This document shows positions 21,654-31,583 of a DNA stretch of 64,000 bases, piece after piece. The DNA is from Alphaproteobacteria bacterium (GTDB taxonomy: Bacteria; Pseudomonadota; Alphaproteobacteria; SP197). Every line of letters begins with the position of its first letter. The first letter of the stretch is position 1. Made by a program: the position numbers and the translations under genes. The stretch covers positions 3,712,001 through 3,776,000 of the forward strand of contig OZ219747.1 in the NCBI GenBank assembly GCA_964291265.2. Direction: 5' to 3'. The notes under the pieces are model-generated. The model saw only the letters and a program-made list of their open reading frames with translations. It ran no database searches and was not told where the DNA came from.

Positions 21654-22460
21654 TCAGGCGACCTCGGGATAGCCGCAGTCCCGTGCCATGGCGACAAAGG
21701 CATCGATCCGTTCGTAGGCCTCGCGCGGCAGGACAGCGAACCCCTTCAAGCGGAGGCGTCGCCGCACGTCGTCGTGGCGCGGGTCCGATGCGGCCGCCAA
21801 CAGGCCTTCGCGCAAAGCTCTCACCTCATCGTCACCACGGTGCAGAGAGGTGACGTAGGGAAGGGCCGGCGCGCTGCGGGTGGTGGCGAGAACCCGGATG
21901 CCATCCGTGGCATGGGGCATGGTGTCCTGCATGAGGGCAAGGGAAACGCAGTCGACGGAGCACACGTCGGCGGCGCCTTGCATGACCATCGCCACGGAGT
22001 CGCGATGACTCCCCGAAACACGGACATCGCCAAAAAAGGTCCCCGCGGAGGCAAGAGGAGCCATGGTGGCTCGCAGGGCATTGTAGCCCGAATGGGAATC
22101 GGCCCCGTTGACCGCCACCCGCAGACCCCGCAGATCCTCCAGTTCGGCCACGGGAGATTCGTGACGCACCAGGATCAGGCTGCAGTAGTCGCTTCCCCGG
22201 CAACAGGGCGCGTCATGCCGGGGGGTTGCCAGGAGCCGCAAGTGACCGGCAAACGCGTTCACCAGGGGCCAGCCGCAGGTCTGGGAGAGGAGGAGATCGC
22301 GGGACGCCCAGTGGTCATGGCGATCAGTCCTGTCAAGACGATCCGGTACATCGTCAAGACCCCGTTCCCGAAACGCCTGGGCCAGCGCTTGCCACCACGC
22401 ATCGTTGGCGTCCCGCAGCGGTTCAAGGTCGTACATGGGAAGGCTGGCAAGCCCCATCAT
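21654..22460 (-). CDS. PhnD/SsuA-like substrate-binding domain protein
   Basis: SLPMYD, LSQTCGWP, N..DSHSG, GSHRDS, ADVCSVDC motifs. Confidence 0.8.
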   Translation of the reverse strand: MMGLASLPMYDLEPLRDANDAWWQALAQAFRERGLDDVPDRLDRTDRHDHWASRDLLLSQTCGWPLVNAFAGHLRLLATPRHDAPCCRGSDYCSLILVRHESPVAELEDLRGLRVAVNGADSHSGYNALRATMAPLASAGTFFGDVRVSGSHRDSVAMVMQGAADVCSVDCVSLALMQDTMPHATDGIRVLATTRSAPALPYVTSLHRGDDEVRALREGLLAAASDPRHDDVRRRLRLKGFAVLPREAYERIDAFVAMARDCGYPEVA

Positions 22461-22882
22461 CCTGCTCCGGATGCCATCTGGCTCATGGATCCGGGACACT
22501 CTTCGAGACCATCGGTGATGGCGTACCACGAAGGGCGGTCGGCCGTGAAGATGTGCCGTTCAAGCTTCAGGTCCTGCGGATCATCCAGTGCTCCGGCAGC
22601 CACGGCAACGTACCCTGCTGCGGCCGGCTTCCAGAAGAGACTCGACCCGCACCTCATGCAGAAACCCCGTCTTGCCATGGGTGACGAGTCGTACCAGGAA
22701 AGCAGCCCGGTATCGCTGATGGCGAGACTCTCCCGGGAACATGCGCTGTAGGCGGCGACGTTGCCGTGAAATCTCCGACACTGACCACAGTGACAGGCAA
22801 TGATCTGCCGCATGCTTGCGTTGACCACGAAGCGCACGCCACCACACAGACACCCACCGGCAAACCGCTGTTCCTCGGCCAT
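22457..22882 (-). CDS. GFA family (CENP-V-like) protein
   Basis: GGCLCGGVRF, CHCGQCRR, RGFCMRCGSSLFW. Confidence 0.9.
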   Translation of the reverse strand: MAEEQRFAGGCLCGGVRFVVNASMRQIIACHCGQCRRFHGNVAAYSACSRESLAISDTGLLSWYDSSPMARRGFCMRCGSSLFWKPAAAGYVAVAAGALDDPQDLKLERHIFTADRPSWYAITDGLEECPGSMSQMASGAG

Positions 22883-23047
22883 TGACCGCATTCCCCACGT
22901 GATCGTCCGGACCGACCGTAACCCCTCCTTGCCGCGGAACAAGGGGGCAGGGTCGCCGCCAGGTGCCCGATGTGCTATGCGAAGGTTGCCACTCCTGCCC
23001 TGCTCCTCCTCGATGACCTCCCTTCCCGCGGTCGATGACACTGACCC

Positions 23048-23932
23048 TTGACGCAGCGCATCGATCTTTCCGTAATCGGACCGGTACTTTTCGTTTTCCT
23101 GTGGAGCACCGGGTTCATTGCCGCCAGGGCGGGGCTCGAGGAAGCGGGACCGGCCACCTTCCTGTTCCTGAGATTCTTCCTGGTCTCGGTTCTGATGCTC
23201 TGCCTCCTCCCGGTGCTGCGACCGGCCTGGCCGGCAAGCCCCGGGGCGTGGGTCCATCTGGCTACCCTGGGCATCATGATGCAGGTCGTCTACTTCGGTG
23301 GCGCCTGGATGGCGATGTCGACCGGTGTCGGTGCCGGCACCGCTGCCCTCGTCCTCTCCCTGCAGCCCGTTCTCACCGCACTGCTTGCCGGACCCGTGCT
23401 TGGCGAACGCCTTCAGCACCGTCAGTGGCTCGGCCTTGGTCTCGGGGTTGCCGGCGTCCTCATGGTCGTCGACCACAAGCTCGCTCTGGGACTGGGCAGT
23501 GTCGCCGGAATGATCTATTGTCTGGGATCGCTGCTGGGCATCACGACGGGTACTCTCTACCAGAAACGGTTCTGTCCGGCGCTGGATGTCTCTTCGGGCC
23601 TTCTTGTCCAGTTCATCACCGCGACCGTCATCTTCCTGCCACTGGCATCCCTGGAGGGCTGGCGAGTGACATGGAGCCAGCAGTTCGTCGCCGCACTGAT
23701 GTGGGTCGCCGTTCTGCTGTCCCTCGTGTCGGTCATGCTTCTCACTCTCATGATCAGGCGTCACGAGGCCTCGCGCATCACGAGTCTCTTTTTCCTCGTG
23801 CCACCCGTCACCGCTCTCATCGCGTGGCTGGTACTCGGCGAAACCATGAACATGGTGGCCCTCGCTGGCATGTCGCTCGCCGTTGCCGGCGTCGCTCTGG
23901 TGGTCAGCGGCGGCCCCAGGACTCGGGCATGA
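23048..23932 (+). CDS. DMT/EamA family transporter
   Basis: About 10 TM segments; LWSTGFIAAR, LQPVLTA, LFFLVPPVTA. Confidence 0.9.
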   Translation: MTQRIDLSVIGPVLFVFLWSTGFIAARAGLEEAGPATFLFLRFFLVSVLMLCLLPVLRPAWPASPGAWVHLATLGIMMQVVYFGGAWMAMSTGVGAGTAALVLSLQPVLTALLAGPVLGERLQHRQWLGLGLGVAGVLMVVDHKLALGLGSVAGMIYCLGSLLGITTGTLYQKRFCPALDVSSGLLVQFITATVIFLPLASLEGWRVTWSQQFVAALMWVAVLLSLVSVMLLTLMIRRHEASRITSLFFLVPPVTALIAWLVLGETMNMVALAGMSLAVAGVALVVSGGPRTRA

Positions 23933-24954
23933 CGACAACCCGGCTCCGCGAATGCGCCCTGACCTTGACGATCGCCGCATGTGGCGGCGTTCTCTGCGGC
24001 GCCTCAGGCGTCCCGGCTGGATGGCTGGCCGGGCCCATGATCGCCGTTGCCGCGGCTGCTGTCCTTCGCGTTCCCGTGACCATGCCGGCGCCGCTGCGCG
24101 ACGGTGCCTTTGCCGTTCTCGGCACCATGATCGGCACCACGGTGGATCGGCGCACACTCGAAGCAATGCCGGAATGGCCGGTGTCTGTCGTCGGGCTCGT
24201 CATCGGTATCGCGATCATGCTCGCCGTCATACCCGCCTGGCTTCATCGCCTGCACGGCATCGACCACAAGACCGCAAGGATGTGCGCCATGCCCGGCGCC
24301 ATGAGTTTCGTCATCCTTCATGCCATCGAGACCGGCGCCGACAGCCGGCGTGTCGCCATTCTTCAGATCCTGCGTCTGTCCACCATGCTTCTGGTGGTGC
24401 CGGGACTCTTTGCGATCATCCATGACAGCGGACCGCTGCGGGCATCAGGCGATGCTCCTTTCCTTTCGTGGCCGCTGGCCCTTGGCCTTGTCGCCGCCGG
24501 GTACGCCGTGTTTCCGCTGGCGCGCAGACTGCGGTTCCCGGCACCGGCATTCTTCGCCCCGATGTGCCTGTCGGCCGGCCTGTCGCTGACCGGCTGGTTC
24601 GATCACGGATCCCTGCCCCTCGAACTCATGCTCCCGGCACTGGTTGTCAGCGGTGCGGCGATCGGCTCACGTTTCCGTGACACATCGCCACGCTACCTGC
24701 TCGAAAGCGTCAGAGCCGGGCTGGGGAGCGTGATTCTCGCCCTGGCCATCACGGGAACGCTGGCCTGGGCGGTTGCTCGCATCACGTCGTTTCCCTTCCT
24801 GCAGGTGCTGCTCGCCTACGCTCCGGGCGGTGTCGAGATGATGACGGTCCTCGCCCTTTCCCTGGGCCTCGACCCGGCCTTCGTCGCCGGCCACCAACTC
24901 ATGCGATTCCTCGCCGTCTGCCTCATCCTCCCCTTCCTCGTGACACGGTCCTGA
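23929..24954 (+). CDS. AbrB family membrane protein
   Basis: PAGWLAGPM, MPGAMS and APGGVEMM duplicated-domain motifs. Confidence 0.85.
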   Translation: MTTTRLRECALTLTIAACGGVLCGASGVPAGWLAGPMIAVAAAAVLRVPVTMPAPLRDGAFAVLGTMIGTTVDRRTLEAMPEWPVSVVGLVIGIAIMLAVIPAWLHRLHGIDHKTARMCAMPGAMSFVILHAIETGADSRRVAILQILRLSTMLLVVPGLFAIIHDSGPLRASGDAPFLSWPLALGLVAAGYAVFPLARRLRFPAPAFFAPMCLSAGLSLTGWFDHGSLPLELMLPALVVSGAAIGSRFRDTSPRYLLESVRAGLGSVILALAITGTLAWAVARITSFPFLQVLLAYAPGGVEMMTVLALSLGLDPAFVAGHQLMRFLAVCLILPFLVTRS

Positions 24955-25271
24955 CAGCGCCGATGGCGCAGCGACCGGTCAAGGACAATCCCATGCACAA
25001 GGCTTCAGCCTGCCGCGTCAGGGGGCGGTGCGGTTTCCGGAAGCTCCCGTGAGCAACACCCGGATGCGACCGGTTCCCGGACGGACATGCAGGGAAACCG
25101 GTCTGCCCGGTCCGCCTGCCCGAATCGGGGCGAGCGCACCTGGCATCCGCCTCCATGATGCCGTTGCCTCGGATCGTGCCGGCAAACCCGATGTTGAATT
25201 TGCCCTCCATGGTCGACACACTGAACGAAGGGAATGCACATGGGAAATCCCGGTTGAAGGGGGGAGATATC

Positions 25272-26312
25272 ATGCCGAAGTTGACAAGCCTGAAGACAGC
25301 GGCCGCAGTCGCGGCACTGGCGGTGGTCACCGGCTTGGCCGGGGAGGCCGCGGCCGAGGGCGAACTCGTGATCGCCACCTTCGGCGGCTCGTTCGCCGAG
25401 GACACCAAGGCCTGCCATGTCGAGGCCTTCGAGAAGGCGACCGGCGCCAAGGGCATCATCACGCTTGGCAGTTCCGTCGACACTGCGGCCAAGATCCGTG
25501 CCACGGCGGGCAGTCCGGATATCGACGTCGCCTACATGGACATTTCGATCGCCAAGCAGATCAAGAACGAGGGGCTGCTGGAGACGGTCGATTTCGCGAA
25601 CCTCACCAACTACGGTGCCGTCGCCAACCAGGCCTTCGATACCGACGGGCAGTACGTCAACTTCATGACGGCGGCGACCGTGATCGCCTACAATCCGAAC
25701 GAAATCGCGACCCCGCCCGATTCCTGGAAGGATCTCTTCGATCCTGAGTATGCCGGCCGGGTGGCGCTTGGCGACATCACCGGCACCTCGGGCATGCACT
25801 TCCTGATCGCCGTCAACAGGCTGAAGGGCGGCGACTTCGAGAGTCAGGATGCAGGCTTCGCCGCAATCGCGGAGATGATGCCGGGTGTCGTGATGCTCTA
25901 CACCCAGGCCGACCAGCTCGTACAGCTCTTCGAGCGCGGCGAGATCGTGATCGCGCCCTGGTACCCGGACCGGATCGGTTCGGCTGCCGACAAGGGCGTG
26001 CCCGTCGCGGTCGCCTATCCCAGGGAAGGCGCCGTCGGGATCCAGCCGACCGTCTCGGTGCCGAAGGGCTCGCAGAACACGGATCTCGCGATGGCCTACA
26101 TCGACATTCTGCTCTCGGCCGAGGGCCAGAAGTGCTTTGCCGAGAAGAAGTACGCCGGACCGGTGAACACCAGAGTCGAGCTCAGCGACAAGGTCAAGGC
26201 GATCGTTCCCTTCGGCGCCAGCTACGACAGTCTCTGGTATCCGGACAGCGACGAGATCGCACGGCTGCGTCCCGGCTGGACCGAGCGCTGGCAAAGAGAG
26301 ATTGCCAACTGA
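25272..26312 (+). CDS. ABC transporter substrate-binding protein (PotD/PotF-like)
   Basis: Signal peptide after a GGGGAG RBS; PDSWKDLFDP, YPREG motifs. Confidence 0.88.
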   Translation: MPKLTSLKTAAAVAALAVVTGLAGEAAAEGELVIATFGGSFAEDTKACHVEAFEKATGAKGIITLGSSVDTAAKIRATAGSPDIDVAYMDISIAKQIKNEGLLETVDFANLTNYGAVANQAFDTDGQYVNFMTAATVIAYNPNEIATPPDSWKDLFDPEYAGRVALGDITGTSGMHFLIAVNRLKGGDFESQDAGFAAIAEMMPGVVMLYTQADQLVQLFERGEIVIAPWYPDRIGSAADKGVPVAVAYPREGAVGIQPTVSVPKGSQNTDLAMAYIDILLSAEGQKCFAEKKYAGPVNTRVELSDKVKAIVPFGASYDSLWYPDSDEIARLRPGWTERWQREIAN

Positions 26313-26363
26313 GAATCGGTCCTGCAGGTGGCGGCCCGACCGCCGCCTGCTGCCGGTGCCGCC

Positions 26364-27425
26364 ATGGCGACGCTGGAGATCAGTGGCCTGACCAAGCGCT
26401 TCGGCTCCGTCGTTGCGGTTGATGCCTTCGCGCTCGAGATCGAGCCGGGCATGCTGGTCTCGCTGCTTGGCCCCTCGGGTTGCGGCAAGAGCACGATCCT
26501 GAGGGTGATTGCGGGTTTGCTGGAACCCGATGCCGGCACCATCCGCATCGGCGGAGAGGACATCACCTGGCGCCCGCCGCACAGGCGCAACATCGGGCTC
26601 GTGTTCCAGTCCTACGCGCTTTTCCCGCATATGAGCGTTTTCGAGAACGTGGCCTTCGGTCTGCGTCGGCGGCGGGTCGGCGAAGCGGCAATCCGCCGCC
26701 GCGTCGGCGAGGCGCTGGCGCTGGTGCGGCTCTCCGGACTCGAGCGGCGGTTGCCGAACGAGCTTTCGGGTGGTCAGCAGCAGCGCGTGGCGTTGGCTCG
26801 GGCGATTGCGCCGCAACCTGCACTCCTGCTCCTCGACGAGCCGCTCTCGAACCTCGACGCCAAGCTCCGCCACACCATGCGCCTGGAGCTGCGCCGGCTG
26901 CAGCAGGAGCTCGGCGTCACCACCGTCTTCGTCACCCATGATCAGGAGGAGGCGCTGACGATGTCGGACCGGATCTGCGTCCTCGCCGAAGGCGTGCTCC
27001 AGCAGGTCGGCACACCGCGCCAGATCTACGATGCGCCCGGCAACGCGTTTGTTGCCGAGTTCTTCGGCCGGTCGAACGGCTTCGACGGCCGGGTCACTGC
27101 GACGGGCGTGCCGACCACCGTCGCGCTCTCGGAAAACGTCGAGCTGGCCACCAGCCACCTCCCGGCGGATCTTGCCCCCGGCGACCCGGTGCGCGTGACG
27201 ATCCGCCAGGAGAACGTCGCCATCTCCGCGGCCGGAGGACTGACGGGCACCATGGAGCTTGTCTCCTTCGCCGGTTCGACGGCCCAGTTCCTGGTGCGGC
27301 TGCCAGACGGGATCGAGTTGAATGCCGAGATCCGGATCGGCCGCGGCGAGACGCTGCCTGAGGCCGGTCGTCCTGTCCGGCTGACGATCGCTCCGGAAGA
27401 TGTCATCGTGATGCCGAATTCATGA
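26364..27425 (+). CDS. ABC transporter ATP-binding protein (PotA-like)
   Basis: GPSGCGKS, LSGGQQQR, LLLDEP, TOBE-like C-terminus. Confidence 0.93.
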   Translation: MATLEISGLTKRFGSVVAVDAFALEIEPGMLVSLLGPSGCGKSTILRVIAGLLEPDAGTIRIGGEDITWRPPHRRNIGLVFQSYALFPHMSVFENVAFGLRRRRVGEAAIRRRVGEALALVRLSGLERRLPNELSGGQQQRVALARAIAPQPALLLLDEPLSNLDAKLRHTMRLELRRLQQELGVTTVFVTHDQEEALTMSDRICVLAEGVLQQVGTPRQIYDAPGNAFVAEFFGRSNGFDGRVTATGVPTTVALSENVELATSHLPADLAPGDPVRVTIRQENVAISAAGGLTGTMELVSFAGSTAQFLVRLPDGIELNAEIRIGRGETLPEAGRPVRLTIAPEDVIVMPNS

Positions 27426-28288
27426 AACGCGGCGCCACGGCCTGGCTCGACCGCTCGGGCACCGGGCTCCTGTCCCCGGCACTTGTGGTGCTCCTGGCGA
27501 TCTTCGCGGCGCCACTCCTGTTTCTCGTGCCGACGAGCCTGCATCCCTACGTTCCCGGCAGGGGGATCGGCGCAGAATGGACGCTCGCCAACTACGCTGA
27601 CATCCTCGGCGATAGCTTCTATCTCGCGATCATCGGCCGAACGCTTGCGCTCGGCCTGATTGTGGTCCTGACGACGCTCCTGATTGGCTATCCGCTGGCC
27701 TACTATCTTGCCCGGACGAGAACATGGGCGCGGCCCTGGCTGATCATTCTGGTGGTCTTCCCGCTCCTTCTGAACCTCGTCGTGCGTTCCTTCGGCTGGA
27801 TCGTGCTCCTGGCCAATCGCGGACTGATCAACGACTGGCTGCGCGCAGCCGAGATCATCGACAAGCCGATCAAGCTCATGTTCGGCTTTTCGGGGCTGCT
27901 GATCGGGCTCAGCCACATCTTTCTGCCCTTCATGGTGCTGGTGCTGATCGGCGCCATCCAGAACATTCCACGTGATACCGAGGACGCCGCCCGCACTCTC
28001 GGCGCATCCAGCCACGAGGTGTTCCTGAAGGTCACGCTGCCGCTCAGCTTGCCCGGCATCCTCTCCGGCGCGATCCTCGTCTTCGTCCTGACGATCAGCG
28101 CCCTTGTGACGCCACGACTCCTCGGCGGGCCGACCTACAAGGTGATGTCGACACTGATCTTCGACGAGTTCCTGCAGGTCCTGAACTGGCCCCGAGGAGC
28201 GGCGATGGCCTTCATCCTGACGGCGATCGTGCTGGCGCTGGTCTGGCTTTCGGCCCTTCTGGCCCGGAAGCTGGCGATAGTGAGATGA
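27422..28288 (+). CDS. ABC transporter permease (PotB-like)
   Basis: GYPLAY, EAA-like motif EDAARTLGA. Confidence 0.9.
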   Translation: MKRGATAWLDRSGTGLLSPALVVLLAIFAAPLLFLVPTSLHPYVPGRGIGAEWTLANYADILGDSFYLAIIGRTLALGLIVVLTTLLIGYPLAYYLARTRTWARPWLIILVVFPLLLNLVVRSFGWIVLLANRGLINDWLRAAEIIDKPIKLMFGFSGLLIGLSHIFLPFMVLVLIGAIQNIPRDTEDAARTLGASSHEVFLKVTLPLSLPGILSGAILVFVLTISALVTPRLLGGPTYKVMSTLIFDEFLQVLNWPRGAAMAFILTAIVLALVWLSALLARKLAIVR

Positions 28289-29103
28289 ACGCGCGCCCTC
28301 CCCTCGGCCACCGGCTCTCAGGGGCCGTCTCCGGCGCGGCGCTGCCGCTCTATGCGGCGCTGGCGCTCATCTTCCTGCAACTGCCCGTGATCATCGTCGT
28401 CCTTGCCTCGTTCACCACCAAGTCCTACCTGACTGTGCCGCCGGTCGGCTTCACGCTCGACTGGTACTGGCGCGTCCTCGGCGACGAATCCTACATCGAC
28501 GCGATCCTCTACAGCCTGGCGCTGGCGCTGGCAGCGACGGCGTTCTCGCTCGTCTTCGGCACTGCGGCAGCCTATGCGCTCATTCGGCGCAAGGTGCCCG
28601 GGAGCGACGCGGTCGCCGCCGTTCTGATGGCGCCGCTGGTCTTCCCGGCCGTTGTCGTCGCCGTGGCGCTCCTGCAGTACTACACGCTGACGGGCGTACG
28701 CGGATCGTTTGCAGCGATCGCTGCGGCCCATGTGCTGATCACGCTGCCCTATGTGGTTCGAAGCGTGCTGGCGAGCCTCGCCGGCACCGACCCGGCGCTG
28801 GAGGAGGCGGCTCGCACCCTCGGCGCCGATGCCTGGACCGCCTTCGCCAAGGCGACGCTGCCCTTGATCAAGCCGGGGCTGGTGGCCGGCGGCATCTTCT
28901 CCTTCATTGTCTCCTTCGACAACGTGCCCGTCTCGATCTTCCTCGTCAGCGTGCGCAAGACAACGCTTCCGGTGAAGATCTTCACCGCCGTCGAGCATGG
29001 CATCGATCCCGGCATCGCGGCAGTCTCGACATTGCTGATCATCGTCACCGGCCTCTGCCTCGTTGTCGCCGAGCGCTGGGTCGGATTCCACCGCTTCGCC
29101 TGA
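28285..29103 (+). CDS. ABC transporter permease (PotC-like)
   Basis: GFTLDWY, EEAARTLGA, SFDNV, TLPV. Confidence 0.9.
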   Translation: MNARPPLGHRLSGAVSGAALPLYAALALIFLQLPVIIVVLASFTTKSYLTVPPVGFTLDWYWRVLGDESYIDAILYSLALALAATAFSLVFGTAAAYALIRRKVPGSDAVAAVLMAPLVFPAVVVAVALLQYYTLTGVRGSFAAIAAAHVLITLPYVVRSVLASLAGTDPALEEAARTLGADAWTAFAKATLPLIKPGLVAGGIFSFIVSFDNVPVSIFLVSVRKTTLPVKIFTAVEHGIDPGIAAVSTLLIIVTGLCLVVAERWVGFHRFA

Positions 29104-29122
29104 CCAGAGAAGGAGAGCACCC

Positions 29123-29950
29123 ATGCCCCTCGCCCCGAACGGCTTTCCCGTCATGCTGACCTTCGATCTGGACGCCGAGACCATGTGGACCGCTCGCGAC
29201 CCCGACAACGCTCAGCGACCCATCGTGATGTCCCAGGGAGCCTATGGCTGGAAGGTTGGCACCAGGCGCATTCTCGACCTCCTTGACCGCCATGCCATCA
29301 GGTCGACCTTCTTCGTGCCGGGCCTCGTGATCGAGCAGCGCTGGGCGCTCTGCGAGGAGATCCTGGAGCGGGGCCACGAAATCGCTCACCACAGCTGGTC
29401 GCACGCCTGGATCATCAATCTCACGGCCGAGGAGGAACGCGAGGAGATGGAGCGCGGCATCGAGATCATCGAGCGGCTGACCGGCCGAGCCCCCGCTGGC
29501 TGGCGCTCGCCTGCCGCCGAGTTCAGCCCGATCACCATGGATCTGCTCCTGGAGAAGGGCTTTCGCTACTCCTCGAACTTCTTCGACGATGATTCGCCCT
29601 ACCTGCACGTTGTCGGTGGCCGGCGAACCGATCTGGTCGAATTCCCGTTCGCCTGGGTGCTCGACGACGCGCCGTTCTTCCAGTACTCGATCACGCTTCC
29701 GGGGCGGACAATGCAGACACCCTCTGCGGTGGCGGAGGCCTGGTGCGCCGAATACGACACGCTCCATCACGAGGATCGAGCCTTCACACTGGCGATGCAC
29801 CCCCAGATCATCGGCCGCGGCTCTCGGCTCGTGGCGCTCGAACGGCTGATCGAGCATGCGTTGGGCAAGGGCGGGGCCTGGTTCGCCCGCTGCGACGAAG
29901 CGGCCGAGGCGATCCGGCCGGCGCTTGAGGCGACCGGGGGCGGGACATGA
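29123..29950 (+). CDS. Polysaccharide deacetylase (CE4, PuuE-like)
   Basis: TFDLDAE, TFFVPG, HEIAHHSWSH, GWRSP, MHPQIIGR. Confidence 0.88.
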   Translation: MPLAPNGFPVMLTFDLDAETMWTARDPDNAQRPIVMSQGAYGWKVGTRRILDLLDRHAIRSTFFVPGLVIEQRWALCEEILERGHEIAHHSWSHAWIINLTAEEEREEMERGIEIIERLTGRAPAGWRSPAAEFSPITMDLLLEKGFRYSSNFFDDDSPYLHVVGGRRTDLVEFPFAWVLDDAPFFQYSITLPGRTMQTPSAVAEAWCAEYDTLHHEDRAFTLAMHPQIIGRGSRLVALERLIEHALGKGGAWFARCDEAAEAIRPALEATGGGT

Positions 29951-30711
29951 GGCTCGCGGACCGACGCATCCTTGTGACGGGGGCCGCCTCCGGAATCGGC
30001 CGGGCAACGGCCGCGCTCTTCCGGGCCGAGGGCGCGGCGGTAGCGATGCTCGATCAGAACGGCACGATGCTGGAGCAGGCCGCACGGGAGGTCGCCGCCA
30101 GCGCGGGGCCGGCCGTGCACGCGCTTGTCGCGAATGTCGCGGACGAGAATCAGGTGGCAGAGGCCGTCGGCAGGGGCGCCGCGGCGCTCGGCGGGCTCGA
30201 TGGCCTTGTGGGCGCTGCCGGAATCGACCTGCTCCGGCCGTTCTCGGAGATGAAGGCGGAGGACTGGCGCGCGGTACTCGACGTCAATCTGACCGGCGCG
30301 TTCCTTGTCACCCACGCTGCTCTGGCGCACCTGTACGAAGCCGGACGGGGAACGGTCGTGCAAATCGCGTCCGGCGCGGCGCTGCGGCCGCTTGAGGCAC
30401 GCACGGCTTACTGCGCGTCAAAGGCCGGGCTCGTGATGTTCGCCAAGGCGCTTGCCGTCGATCTCGCGGCGACCAACATCCGCGTCAACGCAATCTGCCC
30501 CGGCATCATCGACACACCGCTCTTGCGCCAGTCTTTCGAGGCCGCCGCGGATCCGGATGCCGAGCTCGAGCGCATTCTCGACCGCTATCTGATCCGCCGG
30601 GCCGGCAAGGCCCAGGACATTGCCCATGCCGCGCTCTTCCTCAGCTCTGTCGAATCGGCTCATGTCACTGGTACGGCACTCGCCGTTGACGGCGGCCGGA
30701 CATTTCACTGA
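29947..30711 (+). CDS. SDR family oxidoreductase
   Basis: TGAASGIG, YCASK, NAICPG. Confidence 0.92.
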   Translation: MRLADRRILVTGAASGIGRATAALFRAEGAAVAMLDQNGTMLEQAAREVAASAGPAVHALVANVADENQVAEAVGRGAAALGGLDGLVGAAGIDLLRPFSEMKAEDWRAVLDVNLTGAFLVTHAALAHLYEAGRGTVVQIASGAALRPLEARTAYCASKAGLVMFAKALAVDLAATNIRVNAICPGIIDTPLLRQSFEAAADPDAELERILDRYLIRRAGKAQDIAHAALFLSSVESAHVTGTALAVDGGRTFH

Positions 30712-30723
30712 GAAGATCCCGCG

Positions 30724-31479
30724 ATGTCCCCCTTCACGATCGACGGCGTGGCGCTTGTTACCGGTGCCGCCAACGGTATCGGCCGAGCGAGTGCGCTGGC
30801 ACTGGCCGAGGCCGGCGCGGACCTTGTTGTCCTCGACATTGATGCCGGCCTGCTTGGCGAGTTGGCCGACGAGATCCGCTCCATGGGCCGGCGGGTTCTC
30901 GATCTGGCGCTCGACTGCACCGATGCTGCCGCCATGGCCCGCGCCGTCGAGACGACCGGGACCTTCGGTCCGGTCGAGGTGCTCTTCAACAATGTCGGCC
31001 AGAGCGCCCGGGAGCGGGCCGGCCCGTTCATCGACTCCAGCGAGGAAACCTGGCGCTTCGTCGTCGAGATCTCGCTGATGACAACCCTGCGAACCAGCCG
31101 CCTTGTCGCACCCGCCATGGTCGCGCGCGGCCGCGGCAGCATCATCAACATGTCGACGGAGTCGGCCTTCTTCGGGGACACCGGGCTCGCCGACTATGCC
31201 GCAGCGAAGATGGGCGTCATCGGCTTCACCCGCTCGATTGCCCGCGAACTCGCACCGAACGGCATCAGGGTCAACGCCGTCGCCCCCGGAGCGATCCGGA
31301 CCCGTGCACACGACCGCTTGCCCCGCGAGGTGATCGACCGGATCCGGGGCAGTGTGCCCCTTGGCTTCGTTGGCGTGCCCGAGGATGTCGCGAGCGTCGT
31401 CGTCTTTCTCGCCAGCGGCGCCAGCCGATACGTCACCGGCCAGACCCTGCTGATCGATGGCGGGCGCTGGATGATCTGA
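30724..31479 (+). CDS. SDR family oxidoreductase
   Basis: TGAANGIG, YAAAK, NAVAPG. Confidence 0.92.
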   Translation: MSPFTIDGVALVTGAANGIGRASALALAEAGADLVVLDIDAGLLGELADEIRSMGRRVLDLALDCTDAAAMARAVETTGTFGPVEVLFNNVGQSARERAGPFIDSSEETWRFVVEISLMTTLRTSRLVAPAMVARGRGSIINMSTESAFFGDTGLADYAAAKMGVIGFTRSIARELAPNGIRVNAVAPGAIRTRAHDRLPREVIDRIRGSVPLGFVGVPEDVASVVVFLASGASRYVTGQTLLIDGGRWMI

Positions 31480-31583
31480 CAGTCGCGCCATCAGCTCCCC
31501 ATGTTGCGCACTCCTGCAGTCTCCGCTCCCCTTCGTTCAAGACAACCCGCAGGCCCATTCTCACAGAGACACCGAGGAGCTCG

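Noticed and set aside
17045-27158. Long antisense or alternative-frame ORFs (e.g. 17045..19426, 19930..21672, 25005..27158)
   Set aside because: They are shadows of real genes, caused by high GC and codon bias.
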